A stretch of DNA of 64,000 nucleotides from sequence record PP418987.1; one strand, given 5' to 3'. Positions 1 through 10,651 of the stretch are shown here, piece by piece. A model generated the notes under the pieces. The model was not told the DNA's origin and ran no database searches. It saw nothing but the letters and a program-made list of their open reading frames with translations. The position numbers were made by a program, and so were the translations under genes. The stretch's first letter is position 1. Every line of letters begins with the position of its first letter. The stretch comes from Escherichia phage UPWr_E4.

Positions 1-2669
1 GCTTGCCCCCAATTATTAGGGACACGACGAATACCAAGATCGACGGCAGTTACAAACCCTTGATTGGTGATTACACTTTTTCCTTTAATAATTGGATAAT
101 AACAATCCTGTGAAACATAACCATGATCGACGAATAATGGAGCTTCTACTCGCCATTGGTTGCCCCAATCACCCGGTTGTCTAGCAATCCATCCAGAACC
201 GTTAATGTGTACACGATCGCGGTTAACGTTAACCATTGCGATATTTTGTGGATTTAGCGAAATCTCACCATTGTTTGTGATATGTACTGCCGCCTGAGTA
301 GCATAGCTATAAAATGCTAGCGAATTATCAGCACCACCCTTACCAATATACCAGTTACCACTCCCGTCTACGTCACCACGAATATGCAAAGCATTACCAG
401 CAGTTGTTGATAATACAATAGAATCACCCGGACGTTTAATAATCAATCTACCTTCGGATTCAACTTCACCAAAGAATTTAGTTTTAATTGCACCAGTCGC
501 TAAAGTACGTTCAGTGGAAAAATGAACGCCTTTGCTGTCTTCTAACTGAATAATGTTATCGCGCGCATTATTACTATCACCCCAATGGTTAAATTTAAAA
601 TAATCTCGTGATCCTAAACGTCCGGCATCAAAAGTCATCAAGCCTTTTATATTAATATCACCACCAAAAAATGCGGTGAGAGAATCGCGTTTTAATTTTA
701 AAACGTTAGCACCACTAGTACCACCCAAAGTAACATCACCAGTTCTTAATTCATAACGGAAAGGTCTATTTGTATTAAAGTTTCCATCTTGATCATTTTC
801 GTCGGTGGAAAGAATATAAAGACTCTCTCCATCATTACGGAAAATTGTACCAAATTTTCCGCCATACATACGGAATGCATTAGATGAGCGGAATTTAACT
901 TCTGTTTTAAATGTGGTAGTGTTATTAAGGTTAACAGTAGAGTTAAAATTGGTAGGAGCACCGAAGTTAACTGCGCCATTAAAATCTTGTTGAGCTGTCC
1001 ATGTGTGGCGACCATCTTCAAGAACAACACGGCGGACTGTGCAAGTTCTATTTCCAGAATTACCGAACACACGAACGACAAAATAACGGTAGTTTGTCTG
1101 GGATACAGTACCGCGCCAAACCTGAACAGTACGCCCTGTGCTAGTGTGTTCACTAGGACCAACGGAAAACATAACCAGGTTTCCGTCAATCGTCCCCCAA
1201 TCCATATTTGCTGGCATGTTCTTTATTTTGTTCAAAGGAACGCTAAACATACTACCAGGAACAAAATCAAAGGTTTGCCAATCTAACTCCGCTAATTGAG
1301 CTTTAATACCACCCATACCCAAAGTAATTGGAAGAGAATAAATCGTCCCCCAATCCATATTTGCTGGCATGTTCTTTATTTTGTTCAAAGGAACGCTAAA
1401 CATACTACCAGGAACAAAATCAAAGGTTTGCCAATCTAACTCCGCTAATTGAGCTTTAATACCACCCATACCCAAAGTAATTGGAAGAGAATAAGATGTA
1501 TATACTTCGTTCCATGCACCCCACGCACCACCAGTATATGCACGCTCAAAAATACGATCGCGAGTAGTTGCACCCGTTCCGGCAGTAGTAAATTTTTGGA
1601 AAATAGCACCACCAGAAGCACGCTGTTTAACTTCCAGCAAACCAACAATAACAGTCGGCAAACCTTCACCGGTAGGACAGTTAATAACGGCATCAGTGCC
1701 TAAAATATTATATAACCCAGGAGTTTTAAAATCATTCAGATCTCCGTCATAGAAAGTCGCCGGTGTGACATTACCGACTTGTTGCCAAGGTCCCCATTTA
1801 GGCGCAGAAGCATCCCACGCAGCAGTAAGACAACGAGTATAAACAACACCAAATCTGGTCGTATATCTCTGTGTGCGAGAATAGTTTCCACCTTCATATA
1901 CTTCTAAAAGTCCTTGAGCGGACGATCCTTCTTCTGGGAAATTTCTGTCAAAGGTAGCAATGGAACTTGAACTATTTCGCCACAAACCAAAGTGTTCAGC
2001 GCCTCCTAGATCATTAAGATCAATTGTTGTTGACAGTGGACGAGTACCAGATTGAATATTTCGCCACACACTCCACGGACCATTTACTCCGTTCCATGTA
2101 GCAGTCAAGGAACGAATATAAACATTTCCGTATCTAGTTGTATATCTCTGAGTACCAGCAAATTGACCGGCCACAAATACTTCTAGCACACCTACAGCAT
2201 TTTCTTCTGGAAATTTATTTGCTGGTTGAGCGTTGGTTGAAGTTGCTTTCGACCAAACTCCAAGACATTCTTCAACAGGCCCATACGTATCTAAATTAGC
2301 ATCAACAGGTAATTCGCCATTATTTTTTATAAACGTTGTGCTATTGACATTTATGTCAGATGGAGTTAGCGTGATATCTTTTGACCCATCAAAGGATATA
2401 CCATTAATTTTTCGTGCTGTTTTTAATTTCGTTGCAGTTGCAGCGTTACCTGTTAAATTTCCAATTATATTTCCATTAACAGTTAAAGAACCATCAATTG
2501 TTCCTCCATATTTTAAACCTAATTCTATAACACTACCTGAGTCATCTTTTGTGAAAATTGTTTTATCTTTTAAGTTTATAGCCAATTCACCTTCGGCTAA
2601 TACTGAAGCAGCAGGACGTTGACCTGCAGTTTTGCTTCTTTTAAATTGTATTTGTTTTAAAGTAGCCAT
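1..2669 (-). CDS. 37: long tail fibre distal subunit gp37, partial (start codon at 2669, 3' end beyond window start)
   Basis: Minus-strand frame open from ATG (revcomp of 2667-2669) to position 1; N-terminus translates [30 protein letters not shown], recognised as T4 gp37; follows 34-35-36 in order. Confidence 0.9.
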   Translation of the reverse strand, partial: MATLKQIQFKRSKTAGQRPAASVLAEGELAINLKDKTIFTKDDSGSVIELGLKYGGTIDGSLTVNGNIIGNLTGNAATATKLKTARKINGISFDGSKDITLTPSDINVNSTTFIKNNGELPVDANLDTYGPVEECLGVWSKATSTNAQPANKFPEENAVGVLEVFVAGQFAGTQRYTTRYGNVYIRSLTATWNGVNGPWSVWRNIQSGTRPLSTTIDLNDLGGAEHFGLWRNSSSSIATFDRNFPEEGSSAQGLLEVYEGGNYSRTQRYTTRFGVVYTRCLTAAWDASAPKWGPWQQVGNVTPATFYDGDLNDFKTPGLYNILGTDAVINCPTGEGLPTVIVGLLEVKQRASGGAIFQKFTTAGTGATTRDRIFERAYTGGAWGAWNEVYTSYSLPITLGMGGIKAQLAELDWQTFDFVPGSMFSVPLNKIKNMPANMDWGTIYSLPITLGMGGIKAQLAELDWQTFDFVPGSMFSVPLNKIKNMPANMDWGTIDGNLVMFSVGPSEHTSTGRTVQVWRGTVSQTNYRYFVVRVFGNSGNRTCTVRRVVLEDGRHTWTAQQDFNGAVNFGAPTNFNSTVNLNNTTTFKTEVKFRSSNAFRMYGGKFGTIFRNDGESLYILSTDENDQDGNFNTNRPFRYELRTGDVTLGGTSGANVLKLKRDSLTAFFGGDINIKGLMTFDAGRLGSRDYFKFNHWGDSNNARDNIIQLEDSKGVHFSTERTLATGAIKTKFFGEVESEGRLIIKRPGDSIVLSTTAGNALHIRGDVDGSGNWYIGKGGADNSLAFYSYATQAAVHITNNGEISLNPQNIAMVNVNRDRVHINGSGWIARQPGDWGNQWRVEAPLFVDHGYVSQDCYYPIIKGKSVITNQGFVTAVDLGIRRVPNNWGQ
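1188..1493. repeat. perfect tandem duplication, 2 x 153 bp (1188-1340 and 1341-1493), in frame within gene 37
   Basis: The two 153-nt units are identical at every position when read from the sequence; 153 = 51 codons. Confidence 0.95.
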
Positions 2670-2677
2670 AAGTCCTC

Positions 2678-3328
2678 TTAATAATAGCCGAAATCTTGAA
2701 CAGAATCCTTAATTACGATTTGGTCAAATCGTGGAACGTGTGAAGGTTGAGATGCAGGATTCTGTGAAAAAAGGTTTGGCGCAGTTAAATTTCCTGTCAT
2801 AGTGTCTCCAGAGCGTAATACCCTAGAGTTTGCATTTGCTGTAACAGTATTTATTGCTCCATCAACATAATCTTTACGAGTAACATCAGATGCTGCGGAA
2901 GGAGTAGATGTAACAGTTACAGATGGAGCCGTTACAGCTTTGGTAAATGTTGTCAAACCTTCTGGCGTAATCGTAATTTGTCCAGTAGTGATTTCACTAC
3001 CTGCTGGTCTAAAACTAATACCGCCAGAAGAGCCACCAACTACAAGAGTATTACCAGTGCCGCCACCAGAACGAATTCGGATAGGGGTTTCATTATTACT
3101 TAATTGAAGATAACTATTTACCCCGTAATTAATAGTAATTGGACCGGCGTAAGTACCACCATTAGCTTTAGAAACGAAATCGTTATCAGCTGCCTGCGGT
3201 TTATTATATTCTGAATATATTTTAAATGATTTGTAGAGTACATCGTCACCGGCTGAATTCAATGGAAAATTTCCTTGATGCCAAATGACAGATCCACCCA
3301 CAGTTGAACCTACTTTTAAATCAGCCAT
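2678..3328 (-). CDS. 36: long tail fibre subunit gp36
   Basis: 216 aa ORF; N-terminus MADLKVGST and C-terminus [17 protein letters not shown] recognised as T4 gp36; synteny. Confidence 0.85.
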   Translation of the reverse strand: MADLKVGSTVGGSVIWHQGNFPLNSAGDDVLYKSFKIYSEYNKPQAADNDFVSKANGGTYAGPITINYGVNSYLQLSNNETPIRIRSGGGTGNTLVVGGSSGGISFRPAGSEITTGQITITPEGLTTFTKAVTAPSVTVTSTPSAASDVTRKDYVDGAINTVTANANSRVLRSGDTMTGNLTAPNLFSQNPASQPSHVPRFDQIVIKDSVQDFGYY

Positions 3329-3351
3329 TATATGCCCCTTTATTTTAATAT

Positions 3352-3359
3352 TATTTATA
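3352..3359 (-). promoter_or_regulatory. late promoter (TATAAATA) upstream of gene 36, preceded by a hairpin after gene 35
   Basis: Plus-strand tatttata = TATAAATA on minus strand, about 25 nt upstream of the gene 36 ATG. Confidence 0.55.
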
Positions 3360-3390
3360 AAGAAAAAGGGAACCCGAAGGCTCCCTCAGT

Positions 3391-4506
3391 TTAAAATTCT
3401 CTAAATTCCTGTCCAAACACTTTGCCAGTTTTAGAAGAGGCTTGTGTAGGAAGTACCATTATATCTGGAGGTGAAGCCGATTCACAGACATAATTAACGC
3501 GAATACCGTTGACGCCAAATTCGGCAGGTTTTGAAATGCCGCCATTTCTTGATACTTCAGAAAAACTTAAATTTCTCATGCCGCCTTGACCTGCTTGAGC
3601 AGTTCTTTGTGCATATATCGTAAATCCTACGGCGTTTTCTGGAACAACTACATAGTCTTCTTTTAATTCCCAAGACCCAGCTTGCCCAGTAAACTCAGCT
3701 TGGGTCGAGGAAATATATCCATTTGATGCATCATAAAAACGAATGGATATGTTTGTAGTTCCAAGATCAAGTAAATCAGCATCAGCATATAACTGTGCTT
3801 TAAGATAAAGAACATCACCAGGAATTAAATTATAGTCAGAAAGTTTACTTATAGCAGCTGAAGTTGGCAATCGCGCAATTTCGTTATTAGTTCCACCAAC
3901 TGCTGACATGAATTGCTCGACACTTTCATAAGTTCTTTTTGGAAATCCTGTCGCTCCGACGTCTTCTAAACTATCAAATACAACATCTAAAATAGTTTGA
4001 TAATCATCTGTGCTTTTTCTATTACTTAGTTTAACATGCTCTAATGCAATAGCTCTTTTAGAAGAAGTATAAAAAGCAGCATATGATACGTCAAATCTTG
4101 ACAATACTGAATCTGATGGAAAAACTGAAGTTCCTGCTCCCCTTAACCAAGATACCACTTCAGGAGGAAAATTAACCTTTCCGCTAGTTAATATAGCAAC
4201 AAGTCTATTGTTTGACAAAGAATTCATGAAACTAACAAAAGCGGCAGATGTTGTATTGTTTGAAGCAGAAAAAGCATATGACTTACTATCAACTAATGCT
4301 CCCGTAGAAGGGTCAAAAACTCTTAAATGAAGACCTGCACTAAATGTTTGATTTCCAACGGGATTATCCTGAAATTTAACATATGGCCCCGCAGTAGAAA
4401 GCGGGCAAGAACCCGCTATGCTTATTTTATATCTTACTGAATTGCTTTCCGATAAAAATGGCGTTTGGACATATCCTTGTCCAAACTCTGCCATAAATTT
4501 TTCCAT
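3391..4506 (-). CDS. 35: long tail fibre hinge connector gp35
   Basis: 371 aa ORF between 34 and 36; size and position match T4 gp35. Confidence 0.85.
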   Translation of the reverse strand: MEKFMAEFGQGYVQTPFLSESNSVRYKISIAGSCPLSTAGPYVKFQDNPVGNQTFSAGLHLRVFDPSTGALVDSKSYAFSASNNTTSAAFVSFMNSLSNNRLVAILTSGKVNFPPEVVSWLRGAGTSVFPSDSVLSRFDVSYAAFYTSSKRAIALEHVKLSNRKSTDDYQTILDVVFDSLEDVGATGFPKRTYESVEQFMSAVGGTNNEIARLPTSAAISKLSDYNLIPGDVLYLKAQLYADADLLDLGTTNISIRFYDASNGYISSTQAEFTGQAGSWELKEDYVVVPENAVGFTIYAQRTAQAGQGGMRNLSFSEVSRNGGISKPAEFGVNGIRVNYVCESASPPDIMVLPTQASSKTGKVFGQEFREF

Positions 4507-4514
4507 AATACCTC

Positions 4515-7500
4515 TTATTCAATCCACTCAAATTTAACAGTTTTATTCACTGGGTCAGGAATAATGCGAACATTACCAATTCGCAAGAAATCGCGAATAG
4601 TAAGATTACCTATTATTCCATTATCAGATGGGATCGCTCCTATATCTGAAGGTTGAGGAGGGTTACCTCCGTCAAATACCTGAACAAAACTTGACCAAGA
4701 GTTTTTGGTTTTCTGCCATGTACGTGTCCAGCGAGTGGTACGTGCTTCTGGGGTCGTTGGATAAGTAATCCAATCTTGGTAAAGTGAATCAAGTGTGTTA
4801 CCAAACTGAGTCAATGTACCAGGAGATTTAACTTCTTCACCACGTTCTAAGTATGGAAGTCCAGTCACTTCATTAGTTTTTTCAACCATTTTAAAATAAC
4901 CCGGGAACTGGTTATAAGTGGCTGAATCATTAATATCGATTGACCAGAATCCTACTGTATCAGATGTTGGCGCACGGGTATATAAATCAGAGGTTTTAGT
5001 ACCCTGAGAACGAATTCTCGAGTTAACAGTCAAACCACCCGAACTTATAGTAGCACCTTTTGCAATGATTAAGCTTTCACCAATCGTTACTTGGCCAGAT
5101 GCATTATTAATAGCTAAAGGACGCAATCCATTAAATCCGCCAGTTTGATCACCCGATGCAGTAAGCATAAAATTCGTTACTGACCCGTCATTGCGAACAA
5201 TGAAACCATAATTTCCGCTAATAGCACGGAAAGCATTTGCGCTTCGAGAAATAATTTCACCAGTTGCAGTGACTGAATTACCAAATGTTGCTACACCATT
5301 TGCATTCAATGTTCCTGAAGCATTAACATTTATCGGTGTTACTGTACCGTTGATATTAAATGTTATATTTCCAGCTTTATTACGCTGAGAATAAAAATGA
5401 CTAGACGTTTCATCACTAACTTCAAATACGGTAGAACGTGTTGTGTCTGATTCCCCACTAAACTGATTTCCCCACACTCTGACTGTCATCGTTTGAGCTG
5501 GGTTTGTTCCAGTTTGAGGTCCTTTCTCAAAAATCAGACGAGTTGCCGTTCCAGTATTAGAAATAGTTAATGTACTATTTGCTGAAACTGATCCACCGAA
5601 TGTAGCAGTACTAGATGATACAAGAGGGGCACTCAGATTCGTTTGTTGGGTTAAGGTTAGTGAACCATTAACTGTTTGTGCAATGTCCCTACGAATGAAC
5701 TGGAGCGAATCTAGACCATCTAATAAATTACTATCTACAGCTTTTGCTTTTAATGGCAAATAATTTGCTAATACGCGATTTAATTCATATGGTGATACTG
5801 CATAACCATTTTTCTCATATGATTCTAATGGCTGTGTTGAACCTACCGTATCATTACCAACAAACGTTAATGAACCAGAAGAAGTTTTAACAAACCCTCT
5901 TATCAGAGTAGTTGCTGCCCAAGTTGGTTCACTCTGCACAATCCATTTTAAATTTTTTGGAGATACAGCAGTATTTGCTGACGTTCCAGTCACAGTTTCA
6001 GACTGAGTTGCAACTTTAATAACACCTTCTTGCGATTCGGTAGATTTAGTACCTAAAAGCTTTTTAGGAGTTATTAAAACATTATCTAATGTTCCTGCAG
6101 CAGCTTCAACTTGTGTAGCTACACGAAGTGTACCACGCTGTGTCTCATTTGCTTCAAGAATATTAAGGGTATAATGGTCCCAGAGAGTTCCTGATTCAAC
6201 TAATCCAGATAGAGCAACAACAGAAGTACGATCAGTACTATTAAATCTGGTTTTAATTTTTAATGGTGTAGAGATACGAGTATCGTCGACGCCTGCGTCG
6301 AATTCAACCTGTGTAGCAATTTCAGCTATACCACTTAAACTTTCAGTTGCTCTACGGTCATTTAAAGTTTTAGGAGTGACTGCACGAGTATAGTCAGTTC
6401 CTGTATTAACTTCACTTTGCGTAGCAATTTCAATTAAACCAATTCTTCCATCAGTTGATGTCTTTTTATGTAACGTTTCTGGCGTTACAACCGCATTTGC
6501 CCATCCTTCTTGGCTTTGTCCAGCAATTACTTCACTTTCAACTGCTAAAATTACTGCGCCTTGTTGCGTTGGAGTAGCTTTATACTGATCCAAAGCTTTA
6601 GGTGAAACAACTAAATTATTAGTGTTTTTATTATAAACATTCGTACCATTTAATTCACGACTAGAAGCTGGAGTAGCTCCTGCGGTAGATACAAAAGTTA
6701 CAATACCCGATAATGTTTCAGAACCTTGACGAGCTTGAAGCTTTTTAGGAGTGATGATTGTAGTATCATCAGTACCTGTATTAGTTTCCTGCTGCGTAGC
6801 AATTTCAGCGACACCTCTGCGAGTTTCTGTAGCAGTTCTTTCATTCAGCTTTTTAGGAGTGATGATAAGGTCATCTGCAAAAGAGAATGTGGTGTTCTGA
6901 TTCACTTGAGCAGTAGTTGCTATTCTTGCAATACCTCTGCGAGTTTCTGTAGCAGTACGATTAGCTAACGTTTCTGGAGTAATTGCCAATTCTTTTTGCG
7001 GAGAATTTTCTAAATCAGCATTTGCTTGAGCTTGTGTAGCTAAAGCAATTACGCCTAATCTTGCTCTAGTAGAATTATTTAAAGAATCGACTCTTTCAAC
7101 TGTTGGAACGTTTTGCTGTACAACCCAGTATTTTCCATCAGAATCTTCTATATAAGCAAGTTGCAAAACTGGTACATAATTAGTTTCACCGTTAAAAACT
7201 AATTCTTGAACTGTTACCCATTCAGCTTCAGGCGGATATTCTGAACGTTTTGGGAATTGCAGCAATTGAACTGAAGAAGCAATTTTATCTTCACCAGCAG
7301 CTTTGATTTTAACTGTTTGTCCTTTTCTCATGTAATTCATGGAAATTTTAACAGTATCACCAACAGAAATATCAGTCGGAAGCTGAAGTTCAATTGTTTG
7401 GGTTGTTCCATTATTCGCGCCAAATACCATGACTTCTTCATTTGGACGAATATTTGAATTAGTTGTTATAATGCGTAAACGTGCTTTACTATCCCCGTCA

Positions 7501-8384
7501 AACAATCTCCACAATTTCTCATTATCGTCAAACATCAAGAAACCGTCAATCGATGTACGGCCTTCAATGGAATGAGTTCCAACTTCTTGTACTGAAGTCG
7601 TTTCATCGTATGTAGTAACAATTGTATGATAAAGTGGATTCAGTTTATCTAAATCAACGAAATTAATAATATCGCCATGATTAGCAAATCTCGGAAGTTT
7701 AACATTAATTGGTGCAGCAGAAGTAAATCTACGTACGATAAAATCATTAGATTGTGCTTGATATGCAGTCGATGGAGTAACAATCGCAGCTTCTCTGCTA
7801 TAATCAGCAATATACATTTGCCACAAACGATTATTAAAAATGAATACCATCTGTGACTTTGGATGAGTCATTAAAACTGAACGTACCTGTTCACCTCTAA
7901 AATTGACAATACTCTGATTTGAAGAATTTATTTTAACCTGATTTATGCCAGGTTTTCCACCGATATCTTGAATTATTACGGTTTCTCCATCAAGCGGAGA
8001 AGGTGGTAAAGTAAACTCAATGTCATTGCCAACTGATGTATCTACTGAAATTGCTTCTCCGGATTTTAATTGATATGGTCCAGATGATACAGTTGTATAT
8101 ACGGCATCAGTACGTAATGCTTTCCAACGAATTCTATTAAAATTTCCAGCAGGTTTTGGAATATTATCCGTTGCTGCCCAAAAACGATTATTATAAATGA
8201 TTACAAAATCTTTTAAATATCCACGAGTTGGATCATATTGCTGAACTGTGTTTTCTTGAATTAAGTAATCAACGTTAACACCGTCAGTTCCTACGGTACG
8301 ATCAGCTAAAGCTACGTTGATTATTTTATCGCCACCTGCGTCCAGACCATCTTCTGCTCTGAACTTTCTTTTAATCTCGGCCAT
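4515..8384 (-). CDS. 34: long tail fibre proximal subunit gp34
   Basis: 1289 aa ORF (same length as T4 gp34) with repeated fibre motifs; synteny. Confidence 0.9.
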   Translation of the reverse strand: MAEIKRKFRAEDGLDAGGDKIINVALADRTVGTDGVNVDYLIQENTVQQYDPTRGYLKDFVIIYNNRFWAATDNIPKPAGNFNRIRWKALRTDAVYTTVSSGPYQLKSGEAISVDTSVGNDIEFTLPPSPLDGETVIIQDIGGKPGINQVKINSSNQSIVNFRGEQVRSVLMTHPKSQMVFIFNNRLWQMYIADYSREAAIVTPSTAYQAQSNDFIVRRFTSAAPINVKLPRFANHGDIINFVDLDKLNPLYHTIVTTYDETTSVQEVGTHSIEGRTSIDGFLMFDDNEKLWRLFDGDSKARLRIITTNSNIRPNEEVMVFGANNGTTQTIELQLPTDISVGDTVKISMNYMRKGQTVKIKAAGEDKIASSVQLLQFPKRSEYPPEAEWVTVQELVFNGETNYVPVLQLAYIEDSDGKYWVVQQNVPTVERVDSLNNSTRARLGVIALATQAQANADLENSPQKELAITPETLANRTATETRRGIARIATTAQVNQNTTFSFADDLIITPKKLNERTATETRRGVAEIATQQETNTGTDDTTIITPKKLQARQGSETLSGIVTFVSTAGATPASSRELNGTNVYNKNTNNLVVSPKALDQYKATPTQQGAVILAVESEVIAGQSQEGWANAVVTPETLHKKTSTDGRIGLIEIATQSEVNTGTDYTRAVTPKTLNDRRATESLSGIAEIATQVEFDAGVDDTRISTPLKIKTRFNSTDRTSVVALSGLVESGTLWDHYTLNILEANETQRGTLRVATQVEAAAGTLDNVLITPKKLLGTKSTESQEGVIKVATQSETVTGTSANTAVSPKNLKWIVQSEPTWAATTLIRGFVKTSSGSLTFVGNDTVGSTQPLESYEKNGYAVSPYELNRVLANYLPLKAKAVDSNLLDGLDSLQFIRRDIAQTVNGSLTLTQQTNLSAPLVSSSTATFGGSVSANSTLTISNTGTATRLIFEKGPQTGTNPAQTMTVRVWGNQFSGESDTTRSTVFEVSDETSSHFYSQRNKAGNITFNINGTVTPINVNASGTLNANGVATFGNSVTATGEIISRSANAFRAISGNYGFIVRNDGSVTNFMLTASGDQTGGFNGLRPLAINNASGQVTIGESLIIAKGATISSGGLTVNSRIRSQGTKTSDLYTRAPTSDTVGFWSIDINDSATYNQFPGYFKMVEKTNEVTGLPYLERGEEVKSPGTLTQFGNTLDSLYQDWITYPTTPEARTTRWTRTWQKTKNSWSSFVQVFDGGNPPQPSDIGAIPSDNGIIGNLTIRDFLRIGNVRIIPDPVNKTVKFEWIE

Positions 8385-8418
8385 TCTCCCGGGCTCCTAT
8401 TGTGTTTTCAATAATAAG

Positions 8419-8426
8419 TATTTATA
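8419..8426 (-). promoter_or_regulatory. late promoter (TATAAATA) for gene 34
   Basis: Plus-strand tatttata about 35 nt upstream of the gene 34 ATG. Confidence 0.6.
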
Positions 8427-8429
8427 CCT

Positions 8430-8459
8430 GTTTACTTTAAGATTTAGATAGTATATAAT
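8430..8459 (+). promoter_or_regulatory. early sigma70-type promoter for rnh (GTTTAC, 18 nt spacer, TATAAT)
   Basis: gtttac at 8430-8435 and tataat at 8454-8459; divergent from the gene 34 late promoter. Confidence 0.45.
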
Positions 8460-8488
8460 AGAAATCTCACTAATTGAACGAGGTTCAT

Positions 8489-9406
8489 ATGGATTTAGAA
8501 ATGATGCTGGATGAAGATTACAAAGAAGGAATTTGCTTTATTGACTTTAGTCAAATTGCTCTTTCAACTGCTCTGGTAAACTTCCCAGATAAAGAAAAAA
8601 TTAATTTATCAATGGTTCGTCATTTGATATTGAACTCAATTAAGTTTAATGTCAAAAAAGCAAAAACACTTGGATACACTAAAATTGTACTGTGTATTGA
8701 TAACGCGAAATCTGGATATTGGCGTCGTGATTTCGCGTATTATTACAAGAAAAACCGTGGAAAAGCACGAGAAGAATCTACTTGGGACTGGGAAGGTTAT
8801 TTTGAATCCAGCCATAAAGTTATAGATGAATTGAAAGCTTATATGCCATACATTGTTATGGATATTGATAAGTATGAAGCAGATGACCACATTGCTGTTC
8901 TTGTTAAAAAGTTCTCTTTAGAAGGACATAAGATTTTAATCATTTCATCGGATGGTGACTTTACACAGCTTCACAAATATCCAAATGTTAAGCAATGGTC
9001 ACCGATGCATAAGAAATGGGTTAAAATTAAAAGCGGTTCTGCTGAAATTGACTGTATGACTAAAATCCTTAAGGGCGACAAAAAGGATAACGTTGCTTCA
9101 GTTAAAGTACGATCTGACTTTTGGTTTACCAGAGTTGAAGGTGAACGAACTCCTTCAATGAAAACTTCAATCGTTGAAGCTATTGCTAATGACCGTGAGC
9201 AAGCTAAGGTGCTTCTCACAGAATCTGAATATAATCGTTATAAAGAAAATTTAGTTCTAATTGATTTTGATTATATTCCTGATAATATTGCTTCAAACAT
9301 TGTGAATTACTATAATTCATATAAATTACCACCGCGTGGCAAAATTTATTCATATTTTGTAAAAGCGGGTCTTTCTAAATTAACTAATAGCATTAATGAA
9401 TTTTGA
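8489..9406 (+). CDS. rnh: RNase H (5'-3' exonuclease / flap endonuclease)
   Basis: 305 aa from ATG at 8489 (MDLEMMLDEDYKEG...); the track start at 8474 is a TTG extension. Confidence 0.9.
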   Translation: MDLEMMLDEDYKEGICFIDFSQIALSTALVNFPDKEKINLSMVRHLILNSIKFNVKKAKTLGYTKIVLCIDNAKSGYWRRDFAYYYKKNRGKAREESTWDWEGYFESSHKVIDELKAYMPYIVMDIDKYEADDHIAVLVKKFSLEGHKILIISSDGDFTQLHKYPNVKQWSPMHKKWVKIKSGSAEIDCMTKILKGDKKDNVASVKVRSDFWFTRVEGERTPSMKTSIVEAIANDREQAKVLLTESEYNRYKENLVLIDFDYIPDNIASNIVNYYNSYKLPPRGKIYSYFVKAGLSKLTNSINEF

Positions 9407-9414
9407 GGTGAATA

Positions 9415-9684
9415 ATGGCTAAAAAAGAAATGGTTGAATTTGATGAAGCTATCCATGGCGAAGACTTGGCTAAATTTATTAAAGAAGCATCTGATCATAA
9501 ACTGAAAATTTCCGGTTATAATGAACTGATTAAAGATATTCGAATTCGTGCCAAAGATGAACTTGGCGTTGATGGTAAGATGTTTAATCGTCTATTAGCT
9601 TTGTATCATAAAGATAACCGTGATGTGTTTGAAGCTGAAACTGAAGAGGTAGTTGAACTTTATGACACAGTTTTCTCTAAATGA
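9415..9684 (+). CDS. dsbA: dsDNA-binding protein DsbA (late transcription factor)
   Basis: 89 aa ORF MAKKEMVEFDEAIHG..., same size and position as T4 DsbA. Confidence 0.8.
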   Translation: MAKKEMVEFDEAIHGEDLAKFIKEASDHKLKISGYNELIKDIRIRAKDELGVDGKMFNRLLALYHKDNRDVFEAETEEVVELYDTVFSK

Positions 9685-10000
9685 CATTCGTCCGGTCGAT
9701 GAGACCGGTCTTTCAGAAAAAGAACTTTCAATTAAGAAAGAAAAGGATGAAATAGCAAAGCTTCTTGATCGTCAAGAAAATGGATTTATTATTGAAAAAA
9801 TGGTAGAAGAGTTTGGAATGAGTTATCTTGAAGCTACGACAGCATTCTTGGAAGAAAACTCTATTCCTGAAACTCAATTTGCTAAATTTATTCCTTCGGG
9901 TATAATTGAAAAAATTCAGTCAGAAGCTATCGACGAAAATCTTTTGCGTCCTTCTGTTGTTCGTTGTGAAAAAACTAATACATTAGATTTTCTACTATGA
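9662..10000 (+). CDS. 33: late transcription co-activator gp33
   Basis: 112 aa from ATG at 9662 (MTQFSLNDIRPV...); overlaps the dsbA 3' end. Confidence 0.8.
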   Translation: MTQFSLNDIRPVDETGLSEKELSIKKEKDEIAKLLDRQENGFIIEKMVEEFGMSYLEATTAFLEENSIPETQFAKFIPSGIIEKIQSEAIDENLLRPSVVRCEKTNTLDFLL

Positions 10001-10650
10001 TTAAACTCCGCATGCCTGCTGGTGGTGAAAGATACATTGATGGTAAATCAGTTTATAAATTATACTTAATGATAAAACAACATATGAATGGAAAGTATGA
10101 TGTTATTAAGTATAATTGGTGCATGCGGGTGTCTGATGCCGCTTATCAAAAGCGAAGGGATAAGTATTTTTTCCAGAAGTTATCAGAAAAATATAAATTA
10201 AAGGAACTTGCTTTAATCTTTATAAGCAATCTTGTTGCTAACCAGGATGCTTGGATTGGCGACATCTCTGACGCTGATGCACTTGTGTTTTATCGTGAAT
10301 ATATCGGACGCTTAAAGCAAATTAAATTTAAGTTTGAAGAAGATATTCGCAACATTTATTATTTTAGTAAGAAAGTTGAAGTTTCTGCTTTTAAAGAAAT
10401 CTTTGAGTATAATCCAAAAGTTCAATCAAGTTATATTTTTAAACTACTTCAATCGAATATAATTTCGTTTGAAACGTTTATCTTGCTTGATTCGTTTTTA
10501 AATATAATTGATAAACACGATGAACAGACTGATAATTTAGTCTGGAATAATTATTCTATAAAGTTAAAGGCTTATAGAAAAATTTTAAATATTGATTCAC
10601 AGAAAGCTAAAAATGTTTTCATTGAAACTGTGAAATCTTGCAAGTATTGA
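9997..10650 (+). CDS. 59: helicase loader gp59
   Basis: 217 aa, same length as T4 gp59; position between 33 and 32. Confidence 0.85.
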   Translation: MIKLRMPAGGERYIDGKSVYKLYLMIKQHMNGKYDVIKYNWCMRVSDAAYQKRRDKYFFQKLSEKYKLKELALIFISNLVANQDAWIGDISDADALVFYREYIGRLKQIKFKFEEDIRNIYYFSKKVEVSAFKEIFEYNPKVQSSYIFKLLQSNIISFETFILLDSFLNIIDKHDEQTDNLVWNNYSIKLKAYRKILNIDSQKAKNVFIETVKSCKY

Positions 10651-10651
10651 T

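Noticed and set aside
1188-1493. Possible CRISPR-like repeat array
   Set aside because: Only two directly abutting identical units with no spacers, inside a coding frame; this is a tandem duplication. No CRISPR array exists in the window.
6726-6968. Plus-strand 80 aa ORF inside gene 34, and similar antisense ORFs inside other large genes (e.g. 746-1189, 11570-12049, 31012-31272, 54864-55268, 55777-56121, 57353-57664)
   Set aside because: They lie entirely within well-supported genes on the opposite strand, lack an RBS, and have low-complexity or repeat-mirroring composition; treated as spurious.
8474-8488. ORF-track starts extended upstream with TTG/GTG (rnh 8474, gene 33 9653, td 14813, denA 20757, rnlA 21208, uvsW.1 47219, gene 20 59201, and others)
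   Set aside because: In each case a downstream ATG with a proper RBS yields the expected T4-like N-terminus and length; the extensions are artefacts of permissive start-codon calling.
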